The notes under the pieces were generated by a model. The model ran no database searches. It was given only the letters and a program-made list of their open reading frames with translations, and had not been told where the DNA came from. DNA of 63,955 nucleotides, counting the filler, from Octopus bimaculoides (taxonomy: Eukaryota), in assembly GCF_001194135.2 (NCBI RefSeq). It is 6 parts of 6 records of this genome, joined end to end, with 100 filler letters (N's around TTAATTAATTAA, not from the genome) between each part and the next. Parts side by side here need not be neighbours in the genome. Positions count along the whole stretch, not along the records: positions 46,756 to 54,265 come from NC_068989.1; positions 54,366 to 61,563 come from NC_068987.1; positions 61,664 to 63,955 come from NW_026309268.1; 3 more parts are not named here. The stretch is one strand, 5' to 3'. The position numbers and the translations under genes are program-made. Below, piece by piece: positions 50,092 through 61,985 of this stretch (its first letter is position 1; the number at the start of each line of letters is the position of its first letter).

Positions 50092-52495
50092 CAAAAGTAG
50101 AAGTTGAAAATGCACTGACAATATTTCAAATATTTTTTATTAATATATTTAAAGCTTTAACCGATTTCAAAGTTTACACTGATTTTCAAAACATTGAAAT
50201 AGAAAGACGTGGCTTATGTCACAGCTGTCACGCTTCTGACTACTGCTTGAAGCTTGTCCTATTTTTATCGCGAGTCCCCCCCAAATCTACACGAATCAAA
50301 CTATTAAGAATATATGTAAAGAACCAGCTTCAAGTTGCATAAACATACAATAACGCACCGACTTTAAATTTAGACTAATCGTAGCAGGCCTGAACTGTGA
50401 AACACACAGACTAGGCAACCTTTTAGATATATCAGTGAAACCTATTTTAAAATACATACCAAGTCTTGTAAGTGATGACCTGGACTTGTGAAACAACCTC
50501 CAAAAATCCATAAACAATGATACCACTATTGTATCTTTTGATGTGGTAAAGGTATATAGCACAATCTTACACCAATATGGACTAGAGGCAATACATTCCT
50601 GGCTTGAGAAATTCTCTTATGAAATTCCAGACAAAATGGAAAAGAGTTTCATCACTGAAGAATTAAAGCTTATCCTCGAAAACAACTTTTTTGACTTCGA
50701 TGACAATGTTTACAAACAAATATCTGGGACTGCGATGGTGACAAAAGTAGTTCCGACTTACGCCAATATAGCCATGCCATACCTGGAGGTCCAGATATAT
50801 GAACAATCTAAATTAAAATATGGCTTGAACTTCCACAAATATCTATTAGAAAACTGGAAACGTTACTTAGATGACTGCCTAATCCTATGGATGTACACAA
50901 TTGAACAACTTATAGATTTCAAATATCTAATCAACAACATAAACAATATTAACTTTATCATGGAATACAGTAAAAATCAACTCCCATTCCTAGATATAAT
51001 AATCATCAAAAGAGATAAAAACATTGAAGCAGATATTTACTACAAACAAACAGATTCTAAACAATACTTACTATTTCCTCATGCCATCCCAAACACAGGA
51101 AAATAATAGTCCCTTTCATCTAGCAAGAAGAATATGTACAATTGTCTCAAACCCGCAATAAAAGACTCCAGGCATTAACAAAAGTACTACTTAAAAGACA
51201 ATATCCATTAACGTTAATAGACAACGGAAAAGAACGTGCCAAAGCAATAAATATTAAAGAACTACGAAAAGCGAAAAGAGCTCAAGATACATCCAATATA
51301 ACTTTATAACAACACACAACTCAAGAAACACAGATATTTGCAATATTATCCACCGGAACATTCCACTACTAAAACAAGACCCAAGAATGAAACAAGCATT
51401 CGAAATACATAAAATAATCAAAAGTAAAAGACAATCAAAGTCCCTCACAAAATTCCTCACGGGTGCTAAATTACCTTCCACAATTTCTACACCAACAGTC
51501 AAAAAGTGTGGCTGCCCCAATTGCGGGACCTGCATCAACCTTATTGAAGACACAACATACCAATTCAAATCAGGAAGATTTTTATCGTAAAAAATCACAT
51601 AACATGTTCTTCAAGGAATTTAATATATGCTATCAAATGTCAAGGATGAAATGAAGATTACATAGGTCAAACAAAATAAGTCCTTCAAATTCCAGGTCTT
51701 CCCAATCTACCTATTTTCAGCGAATACCACAGATGAAGCATGGATAAACAAAGAAAATGCTTTCATGCAAAAGTACAATCAAAGACGTAACAAACTTTAA
51801 CAGAGTACATACACAAATAACTGTTCACACACAAGAACTCATTCTACCACTTAACATGAGGAACATACACAGCTAACAACCTAAACTTTAGCCACTGGAC
51901 TACCTACAAATGACGACTACTGTCCATTGTCCCACTAGACAGATCAAATTTGGAGTAGCATAATTATAACTAAACACGTTCACTCAACCGTGTCAGCCTT
52001 CGTTTTAGGCGCAAAATATACTGTTCCGTGACACTAATGCGAGGACGTAGCGGAAAACGTACAAAAGGTTATAAACTTAATCATGTGTTCATTCTTTACA
52101 AACACTTGACAGAAGACATTCAGAGCATTGATTGTTTGGACATGTTCAGTTAACGGTGGCAGTCTTGACTTACGACGCCAAACATCGTCACTTGATACTA
52201 ACACAAGGACGTAGCAGGAAAGCTACAAAGAATTCTAAGACTAGATATGTGACTATCCTCCACCAATTAAAGTCTATTCAAAACATAGTAATTTGAGCCA
52301 TGTACTCCCTATAAAATAGGACAAGCTTCAAACACTAATCAGAAGTAAGACAGCTGTGATGTAAGCAACGTCTTTCTATTTTAACTGTTTAAAAATCAGT
52401 GTAAACCGTGAAACCGGTTAAAGCTTTACACATATCAATAAGAAATATTTGAACTATTGTCAGTTCATTTTAAACTTCTATTTTTCCTATATTTC
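50092..52495 (+). mobile_element. 5'-truncated Penelope-like element (Neptune-type: RT, Cys-rich linker, GIY-YIG) with inverted terminal arms
   Basis: FRLIVAG..ETHRLGNLLD, SFDVVKVYSTI, QISGTAM..VVPTYANI, WKRYLDD, LPFLDI, YYKQTDS..YL, KCGCPNCGTC, IYAIKCQG*NEDYIGQT; arms 50092-50268 and 52311-52495 inverted. Confidence 0.9.
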
Positions 52496-52788
52496 TACCC
52501 GTGTGGAATAAAATAACTTTATTATATATATATATATATANNNNNNNNNNNNNNNNNNNNNNNNNNNNNNNNNNNNNNNNNNNNNNNNNNNNNNNNNNNN
52601 NNNNNNNNNNNNNNNNNNNNNNNNNNNNNNNNNNNNNNNNNNNNNNNNNNNNNNNNNNNNNNNNNNNNNNNNNNNNNNNNNNNNNNNNNNNNNNNNNNNN
52701 NNNNNNNNNNNNNNNNNNNNNNNNNNNNNNNNNNNNNNNNNNNNNNNNNNNNNNNNNNNNNNNNNNNNNNNNNNNNNNNNNNNNNNNN

Positions 52789-52822
<34 letters not shown>

Positions 52823-53651
52823 AGGAAGAAAGAAAACTCCGAATGACCTGTCCTTGTTTCCTTGTATCGTCTATCTGGATGTTTTGCGTCCTTGTCCCAT
52901 TCTGTATTATTTATACATATATAGACAGCGGCGTACGTACACCTTGTCTCTTATATGTAAGTATACATTTTTCTAAATCTTGTATGACTCTATTTCTGTC
53001 TATCAGCTCCTTCACTCTTATTCGTTCATTCCACTGTTCGTTGTTTCGTTCCCCCTCGATCACATTCCCTTGCCTTCTCTTCTTTCCCTCCACTTTTCAC
53101 TTCACTCTGTCCCTGTCATTTTTTCTCGCCCCTCCCTAATTCTTTTCTCCCTCTGTCACTACCTCTCTCTCTTCTCTTCCTACGTGACCGGTGTTCTGTC
53201 AAGCTTGATCTTTCTTTTTTGGCCGGCCGTTGTGCGTGCAACATCGTTATTCCTCCTGTGAAATCTTGTATTCCTGCTGTAAGGCCTTATTTCCACACGC
53301 ACCAGCTAAATTTAATTTGTCTATAGTCGAAAGACATCCGTTGTTATGTCCTGTTTTATTGTATTTGTGTATATTGTTCGCTTTTTTTCGTCCTTGTTTT
53401 TGTATACATTCACTGCTTTCTTCCAAGGAATCTAATACTCTTAGCATAGTTTTTCCTTGAGGCTGGCCAGATTGGAGCAATATCGAGAACAACCATCCGA
53501 AATTGCAAGGATAATTTGGATCTCGACTGAGGAAAGAAAACTCCGAATGACCTGTCCTTGTTTCTTTGCATTGTCTATCTGGATGTTTTGTCCCTTTCCT
53601 GTATCACCTGTCTGGATGTTTTGCGTCCTTGTCCCATTCTGTATTCTTTAT

Positions 53652-53713
<62 letters not shown>

Positions 53714-53839
53714 GCACGCATGCACACACACACACACATATGTATGTATGTATGTGTGTGTGTNNNNNNNNNNCATAGATTCACAAACATGTTTCTTCTG
53801 AAATTTATGCACATGAACATACAAGTAGGCAGACAAACA

Positions 53840-53884
<45 letters not shown>

Positions 53885-54139
53885 TTGTAAAACTCAACAC
53901 AATTATTTCCCTGACTGTAAAAGAAGAAATGTCAATAATGAAGCCCTAATGGATTTTTGGGTTCTGATACAGAAAAAAAGTGAAGTAGTGATTGTAGACG
54001 TGGGAATTTAGGTGTTTAATTTGTCAATCTCAGCGATATTATTGCAGTAAAGGCTTTGTAGATTGCAGGGAGACAGGTTATAGGTCTGTAGTTTTGTGGT
54101 TTTGCCGTTTCCGTGGATTTGGGAATTTGTTACTATTAC

Positions 54140-54218
<79 letters not shown>

Positions 54219-54377
54219 TTATGTCTGACTTTTGTTTTGCATTTGTACAAGTTGGATCCAAGTCTNNNNNNNNNNNNNNNNNNNNNNNNNNNNNNNNNNN
54301 NNNNNNNNNTTAATTAATTAANNNNNNNNNNNNNNNNNNNNNNNNNNNNNNNNNNNNNNNNNNNNATATATATACTT

Positions 54378-54410
<33 letters not shown>

Positions 54411-54488
54411 TATTTATATATATTTATATGTATATATATGTATGTGTGTGTATATATATATGCATATATCTATATCTCTATATATATG

Positions 54489-54547
<59 letters not shown>

Positions 54548-55093
54548 TTGTGTATATATATATGTATATATATGTATATATATATATATATATAATATCT
54601 ATATCTATATATATATCTATAAATATATATATATATACATATATTAATAAATCTGAGGGTAGCACAAAAATTTTAGAAATCCTATTTCCTACCAGTGGTC
54701 TAGCGAGAAGGAAAAAAATTAGTCAGTAGACTATATATTATTCATTTAAAATACAGTGCACATTTAAACACACCAGAGATGTCTATAATAGGACATCTGA
54801 CCTACTAGAAAGAGCAGTCAAATCTCCACACCACAATTTGGGATAATTTCGAAAGGGAATGAAAAATAAAAACATTTACCATCTATTTACCATCTGATCG
54901 GTTCGTGGGTATATTATAAGACACTTGCATAATGTTCTATGAACTTGAACTGAACCCGAAAGCATGCAGTGAAGTAGGAAGCTGTTTCAGTTTTAATTGT
55001 GAAGCATAAGGCTAGTAGCTTGGTAAAGTTAAGTATAATATTCTACCTAAAGATAAATATATTGTTCTATATTGTTTTTCCTTTTAAGTTCTG

Positions 55094-55133
55094 CTCCAGT
55101 ACGTTTCGAATTATTTGTATCTCATCAGTGCAG
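55094..55133 (-). ncRNA. Degenerate hammerhead-like motif
   Basis: CUGCA-CUGAUGA-GAUACAAAUAAUUC-GAAA-CGUAC-UGGAG; cores intact, but stem II only 2-3 bp, stem I has a mismatch and the cleavage triplet is disrupted. Confidence 0.35.
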
Positions 55134-55740
55134 ATTATACGAAGTTATTGAATTTAATTATTTTGGTAAAATATATGTATAAACGTAGGTAAAAGCATGT
55201 AAACATCGTAAAATAAATGGGTTGAAGATTAATAAAAACGGCGGAAGCAAAATTCCTGTCTTTAAACAGAATAGAGAATAATAAATGTTTACAGGAATCG
55301 AAATTCCATCCTATGTTTTTATATTCAACGCTAAATATTTACTTCTGTTTCGAAATAAGAAAATACAGAACGAAGGTAAGAGCTGAATAGATAAACACGT
55401 AACTTACTGCATAAACACACACGCGCACACCCATCCACACGCACACAGTTACACACTTCCACACTCACACACTCACACACACACATACACACACATACAC
55501 GCACACGCATAATATCCCGAGAAAGATCGTTTCTGCGCATTTGCGTTTGAATCTATTGATGCTGTTTGCTTCCCTCATCGATCCCTGTCGGACAGATTCT
55601 TTGTTCGCAGACATTCCAACCATGACGCATTAACCGAATACGGCCTTTAAACCAGTGTTAAAACAATAGGGCCGGTGTTTAAGCATGAGGATGTTTTCGT
55701 TGCTATTTCTAGCTGGCCGAACGACCAGGCAGAAGCTCAC

Positions 55741-55814
55741 TTGTTGACACGACATACAAACATCGTCTTTAGTAAATTCCGTGTAAAGATGGCGACAGCT
55801 TGCCGCGCCACCAT
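55741..55814 (-). CDS. Candidate first coding exon, MVARQAVAIFTRNLLKTMFVCRVN (mitochondrial presequence-like)
   Basis: AAAATGGTG start context, AA|GTGAGC donor, Arg/Lys-rich with no acidic residues, CpG-rich surroundings, YY1-like AAGATGGCG on the opposite strand. Confidence 0.45.
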
Positions 55815-55911
55815 TTTCTTCCTCGTTAATACTACATATTCATTAGACGTATAGCTCAGCGCCTCCGCTACATTTAGACAATGATAAAGGAAGATGTTTG
55901 TGCGCTTGTCG

Positions 55912-56062
55912 CTTCTTCTTCTTCTTCTTCTTCTTCTTCTTCTTCTTCTTCTTCTTCTTCTTCTTCTTCTTCTTCTTCTTCTTCTTCTTCTTCTTCTTCT
56001 TCTTCTTCTTCTTCTTCTTCTTCTTCTTCTTCTTCTTCTTCTTCTTCTTCTACTTCTTCTTC
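55912..56062. repeat. (TTC)n / (GAA)n microsatellite, about 50 units
   Basis: Near-perfect trinucleotide tract. Confidence 0.95.
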
Positions 56063-56221
56063 TTACACCTATCACAAATATGGAAGGACGCTCCCGTAAT
56101 ATTTACACAGCTTAACAGGGATAGCATCTAATATGTAACACTTTTTTATATGAAAGCTTATTAATACATAATAGGTTTTCAATATTGTTAAAATTAATGA
56201 CACTGATAATGTTAGTAAATG

Positions 56222-56253
<32 letters not shown>

Positions 56254-56523
56254 TGTATGTATGCTTTTATGTATGCTTGTATGTATGTATGTATGTATGT
56301 ATGTTTGTATACACACGTTCATACATAAATACATACAACGACAGACATATATAGATATATACACACACAAACACATACACATATATGTATATGTTGGTGT
56401 GTGTATATGCATGTTTGTATGTATTTATGTATGTACGCACTGTTCTAGCTTTATATGTGCGCATAATTTTCTGCTTATATATATATTTATGTATAGATAT
56501 ATTCATATGTGTGTGTATGTATG

Positions 56524-56562
<39 letters not shown>

Positions 56563-57085
56563 NNNNNNNNNNNNNNNNNNNNNNNNNNNNNNNNNNNNNN
56601 NNNNNNNNNNNNNNNNNNNNNNNNNNNNNNNNNNNNNNNNNNNNNNNNNNNNNNNNNNNNNNNNNNNNNNNNNNNNNNNNNNNNNNNNNNNNNNNNNNNN
56701 NNNNNNNNNNNNNNNNNNNNNNNNNNNNNNNNNNNNNNNNNNNNNNNNNNNNNNNNNNNNNNNNNNNNNNNNNNNNNNNNNNNNNNNNNNNNNNNNNNNN
56801 NNNNNNNNNNNNNNNNNTTGTGTATAGAGGAATATATTATTTTGCTTAAAAGAGTTCCAACACTGTGTGTTTTTTATGTTTTATTTATATTCCTGCAGAA
56901 CTAATGTGGGGTATAGAATATGGAATATACAATATATAATATGATATACAATATACAATATAAAATAAAATAAAATAAAAATGGATGGCACCATGAAAGA
57001 AAGTATTGAATGTAGATGAAATATTGAGTGTTCAATATAAAGGATCAAATATATAAATATATAAATATAAATATATATATATAAA

Positions 57086-57126
57086 GGCGACTCGAGTTTC
57101 AGGGCTATTTCCCTTCGTCATGGCTG
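57086..57126 (-). ncRNA. Type-I hammerhead ribozyme motif with one extra core base
   Basis: GC-C(A)UGACGA-AGGG/CCCU (4 bp)-GAAA-palindromic ACUCGAGU stem III-GUC triplet-GC; stem I only 2 bp in this copy. Confidence 0.55.
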
Positions 57127-57254
57127 GTAAACTCAACCACTGTTCATGATGGATTACCAGTAATCCCCCTGAAAAATGCTACGGGTCCCTACTAAGACCA
57201 CCGCAGATCCTCATCAAAAACTTCCTTGCAAGTGGTTAAACATCTCAGAAAGTT

Positions 57255-58860
57255 AGAATAGGACATACGCTTTCTCAATAAAGGAAGGAACAGAGCAGAT
57301 GTTAAATATTATACATCTTACTCTCTCATTTTGCATTTCAGCAAAGCCATGGAACGAATTGTCAGTGGGGAAGATGGTCACGTTCCTAGATAATGACTTG
57401 CTTCCTGACACCCAGCCTGGCTTCCGCTCAGGAAGAAGTCGCATTCTGCCGCATTATGACTAGGGTGTTGAAGCAACTTATGAATCATTCAAACGTGGAT
57501 ATGACATACATGGAATTTTGGAAAGGCTTTTAATAAGGCTGGTCACAGGAGGATATGTAACAAGCAACGCGGATTCGCCATTGTTGGAGAACTGGGAGAA
57601 TAGTTACTTGACTTCTTAAAGGAGAGAAACCAGGCAGTAGCAGCCAGTGAAATCCGCTCCAAGTAGACATGAATAGCAAGTGGGCTGCCTCAGGGAGCTG
57701 TCTAAGCGTCGTTGCTCTTTGTGACGGCTCTCTCCGACATGCCTTCACTTATAAGGGCAGCCACTCTCATTAGCTATGCCGACGATAGAAAAGTAACACA
57801 AGCAGTCAAGAAACCTCTCAATCTTCTACAGAAAGATCTAGACGCCATATAGAAATGGACTGAAGAAAACCAATCCATTTTGTTGAAGTAAAATTAGAAA
57901 CCCTCCGTTTCCAGTCAGCTTGTGTTAAGACGCCGCAGCAAAGACATTTTGGATCACAAGGAGCAGCAAACCTAGATTCAAACACTGCGCATCCTGGGAA
58001 TTGATTTGAGCTTCGTTCCATGTACATACGAGAAGGTGCTGAAAAGTTCCTGGCTTTAAGGGTATCACGAAAGGTTTGGTTGGAGGCCCAACCTTGCTAA
58101 TTTTTTTTCAGGGCTTAGAAAAAAAACTTAGAAAAATATTAAAAAAAAAAAGCCGGTGCAATAAAGGGAATATGTTGAATAAAATCATTATTAACAGATC
58201 CTCCAGTATTTTATTTTACTCAAAGCCAAGAACTTTCAGCACCCCTTCGTATCACCAGAATAATGACAATGTGCAGGTGAATGGATTCTGATAACTTTCA
58301 GAACAAGAGACCAGGAAACTATGCCGGTCCTATGGAGCACATTTCTCCTTAGCCGTCAAGCTATTGTTTTCATCTACGGTTACCTCACAGTGTCGATTTA
58401 ATTGCAGAATCAAGACAGTTCAGTTGTGCTACACCACGAAGATTGCATCAGTGAAACAGTTGAGCTACGGAGAGAGGCAAAAAAGAATTACTACTTCAAC
58501 CTCTGGAGAGAAGATGGGAGAAATATGCAGTGATATACATATGGAAAATCTTTGAGGGGCTGGCACTAAACTTTGGCATCGAGTGTTATATCAGCCCTCG
58601 AACGAGACACCACTACACTGTTCCAAAGGTCCAGCCCATCCCGTCTAGAGTAAGGAGGTACTGCGATAACCTGGAATTCAAAAGCCTACAGATTTTTAAT
58701 ATGTTGCCGAAGAGAAGTGGAGATAATCTACATAGTGTAGGGGGCAGGGATTTTCAAGAAGTACCTTGACGTTCTGCTGTCCAAGATCCCAGATGAACAA
58801 GCATCGCGGCAAGAAGCTCACAAAAGATCAGTAATATCAAGCTCCCGCCTGCACCAAAAG
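57255..58860 (+). mobile_element. CR1/L2-like LINE RT and 3' end, decayed
   Basis: KAMERIV..LLPDTQPGFRSGRS, degenerate KAF..V.H, QG.V, SYADD, LERR.EKYAVIYIWKIFEGL. Confidence 0.8.
58029..58249. mobile_element. Mariner-derived MITE inserted in the CR1-like LINE
   Basis: TIRs CGAGAAGGTGCTGAAAAGTTCCTGGCTTT / AAAGCCAAGAACTTTCAGCACCCCTTCG with TA flanks; interior matches 11895-12069. Confidence 0.9.
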
Positions 58861-59064
58861 CTAACCACCACCACTACCACCACCACCACCAACAACAACA
58901 AGAACAACAACAACAACAACGCCACGATGACGACGACGACGACGACGACGACCACCACCACCACCACCACCACCACCACCACCACGATCNNNNNNNNNNN
59001 NNNNCGATCACCACGACGACGACGACGATGACCACGACGGCGACGACCACCACCACCACCGTCG

Positions 59065-59120
<56 letters not shown>

Positions 59121-59806
59121 GTCATTTTGAGGAAACGAAGTGCTATATCAACACTGGCGCAGTGTTTGTTATCGCTAAGTGCCATATGTGTCAAGAGTGA
59201 ACAGATGTTAAAGAATTCCGGAAGGATGCGATCAAGGGTTCAATTCCACATATTTCTGTAAAGCAAGAGTTGCGACAACAATAACATTCACTAGCTCGAC
59301 CCATTAACCTATTCTTTCAGTCTATGTGGTGGTGGTTGTGGTGGTGGTGACGGTTTTGTCAGCGGTGGTAGTGTTGGTAATGGTGATGGTTATAGTAGAG
59401 GCAGTGATGATAGCAGTAGTAGCAGTAGCAGTAGTATCAGTAGTAGTAGCAGCAGTAGTAGTAGTAGTAGTGATAGGAATAGTAGTAGTGGTAGTGGCGG
59501 TTGTAGTGGTGGTGATAGTGGTGGTAGTGGTGGTTATAGTGGTGGTGGTGGTGGTGATGAGGTCGATGGCGGCCCGTGTTGTTTTTGTTTATGCTCTTAA
59601 TAGCTGCAGCAGTGGTGATGGGTGTCTGCTGTAATGATGGTGGCAGCAGTAGAGGTAGTAGAGGTAGTGGTGACGATGCTGTTTGTAATGGAGGTGGTGG
59701 TAGTGGTGTTGTCCATGTAACGATGTTGTTGCTGTTAGTGTTGCTGGTGGCGGTGTTTGTGGTATTGGTGGTAATGTCGGTGTTGGCGGCATCACTGGTA
59801 ATAGTG

Positions 59807-59859
<53 letters not shown>

Positions 59860-59860
59860 G
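58861..59860. repeat. Compound trinucleotide microsatellite mosaic (CAC/AAC/GAC/CAT; GTG/GTA/GAT)
   Basis: Direct reading; source of the poly-V/poly-M/poly-I ORFs. Confidence 0.9.
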
Positions 59861-60104
59861 ATGGTGTGGGTGCAGCCATCGTCGAATGCAGTCAGCAGGT
59901 CCCAGGTTCAATCTCATAGAGTGACATCTTGGTCACGTATATTTTACCTCATCCTCAAGACGGCCAAAATCTTGCGCTTAAAAGAAGGATCGATCGAAAC
60001 TTTTATGCTCGCCAAATAGACTGCACCTGTAATCCAAAGGTGGACTTTGCCACCCATTGATTTTACCTGAGAAATGCATTGAATACTCAGCCAATACTTA
60101 AACC

Positions 60105-60538
60105 TTTTCTACTCTAGGCACAAGGCCCGAAATTTTGGGGGAGGGGGCCAGTCGATTAATGTGTTGGATTCGTGATCGTAAGATTGCGGTTTCGATTCCT
60201 GGACCAGGCGACGCGTTGCATTTTTGAAAAAGCACTTCATTTCACGTTACTCCAGTCCACTCAGCTGGCAAAAAAGAGTAATCCTGCAACGGACAGGCAT
60301 CCCGTCTAGGTGGCAAATTTATTCGCCATGGAAACCGGCCCTTATAATTCGATATAGATCGAGAAAGTCGATATGACTCGAGAGGACCCAGTACGCAACT
60401 GGTACTTAATTTATCAATACCGAAAGGATGAAAGGCAAAGTCGACCTCAGTGGAATTTGAACTCAGAACGTAACGGCAGACGAAATAACGCTAAGCATTT
60501 CGCCCGCTGTGCTAACGTTTCTGCCAGCTCGCAGCCTC
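60105..60538 (-). mobile_element. SINE family A interrupted by a family-B SINE (+, ~60158-60350)
   Basis: Family-A tail at 60105-60157 and core/head at 60365-60538 flank a CORE-type copy. Confidence 0.75.
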
Positions 60539-61289
60539 GGGATGTGTGAATATTATGTTCATTTTGGAATGGTCTGCAAGATACTTGATGTGAAATCGTA
60601 TGTTGAAACTGGCAGGGTACTATTTTGGGAAGGCCATGCTCTAATAAAACGCACGCACTGGTTATGTTCTACTTAATTTTTTTAAATGACCAATCAGTTA
60701 GATAATGAATCAATTGAACTGGGCCCCACCTTCAAGATCATGCACTGTTCATTTTGATATGAAATCATCATGTCACACACATACGGTTGTGATGAATGAA
60801 TCAATTGAACTGGGTCCCACCTGCAAGGTCGTGCGCTGTTAACCTGCATTGGTTAATCGATTTGTCTTAGTATTTTTTCCTCAAAGTATGTGACATGCCT
60901 ATGCGTTCTTCAAACAACCTTTCTTCGGCACTTATTGTGTGATTACTGTTATACACACACACATACACACATTTGCATGCATATATGATCAATGTATCAT
61001 ACATAATGTAAATACATCACTGAAAAGCAAATTTACTGCAGTATTCGTCTAGTGGTAGCATCTCTTATGGAGATTCTGAGTTTAAAAACTGCTTTAGAAA
61101 CAAAATATATATCGGAGGGTGATAAAGATCGTTCCAGCAGCGTCTAGCAAGAGTGCTAGGTGCATTTTGGCCTCGTTGAGTTTTATCAATGGCGCATACT
61201 AGCTTGCCTAGGGGAGATCTGTCGCTTCCGAAAGCAATGAAAATCATTCACTGGTATTGCGAATAGTTGCCCTGGCTGAATAAAAATCC

Positions 61290-61563
61290 GTTACTGGCGA
61301 CGAAAAATGGTACCTGTACATCAATATGAAGCAGCGTAAGGAATGGCTTAGGCACGGTAAACAAGCGACACCGCGCGTGAAACAAGATCTTCATCCGCGT
61401 AAAATGATGTTGTGTGTATGATGGGACTGGGAAGGGATTATCCATTACGAATTGCTTGAACGGAACTAAACGGTCAACGCGGAACTCTATGTTCAACAGA
61501 TGGAATGACTGAACACGGCTATTCAAGAGAAAAGAACTAATCGGCAGCATGGAGTTCTTCTAC
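61290..61563 (+). mobile_element. Mariner catalytic-domain fragment
   Basis: VTGDEKWYLY...QDLHPRKMMLCV*WDWEGIIHYELL; truncated by gap. Confidence 0.85.
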
Positions 61564-61665
61564 NNNNNNNNNNNNNNNNNNNNNNNNNNNNNNNNNNNNN
61601 NNNNNNNTTAATTAATTAANNNNNNNNNNNNNNNNNNNNNNNNNNNNNNNNNNNNNNNNNNNNGC

Positions 61666-61985
61666 AAAGGTGCCTAGCTCAGTGGCTTCAGTGTCCTGCC
61701 CACAATCATAATGTAGCGGGTTCGATTTCCGGGCCGGGCTTTGTGTTGTGTTTTTTAGCAAGACACTTTATTTCACGTGGCTCCAGTTCACTCAGCTGTA
61801 GAAATGAGTTGCAATGTCGCTGGTGCAAAGCTGTATCGACCCCTTTGCTTTTCCCTTGAATAACATCAGTAGTGTGGAGAGGAGAGGGTGGTATGCATTG
61901 GCGACTACTTTCCCCGGGCTTGTGTCTTGTGGGGGTAACTTTCTAGATGCAACCCATGGGCATTCATGACTGAAGGGGTCCTTTA
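61666..61985 (+). mobile_element. CORE-type SINE with a different 3' tail
   Basis: tRNA-like head, GCAAGACACTTTATTTCACGTGGCTCCAGTTCACTCAGCTG core. Confidence 0.7.

Noticed and set aside
53527-53560. CTGAGGA..CTCCGAATGACC as a hammerhead
   Set aside because: Lacks A15.1-U16.1 and stem I pairing.
25131-61663. Recurrent TTAATTAATTAA palindrome inside N runs
   Set aside because: Always N44+12+N44 = 100 bp with stops in all six frames; an assembly spacer, not biology. Adjacency across these joins is uncertain.
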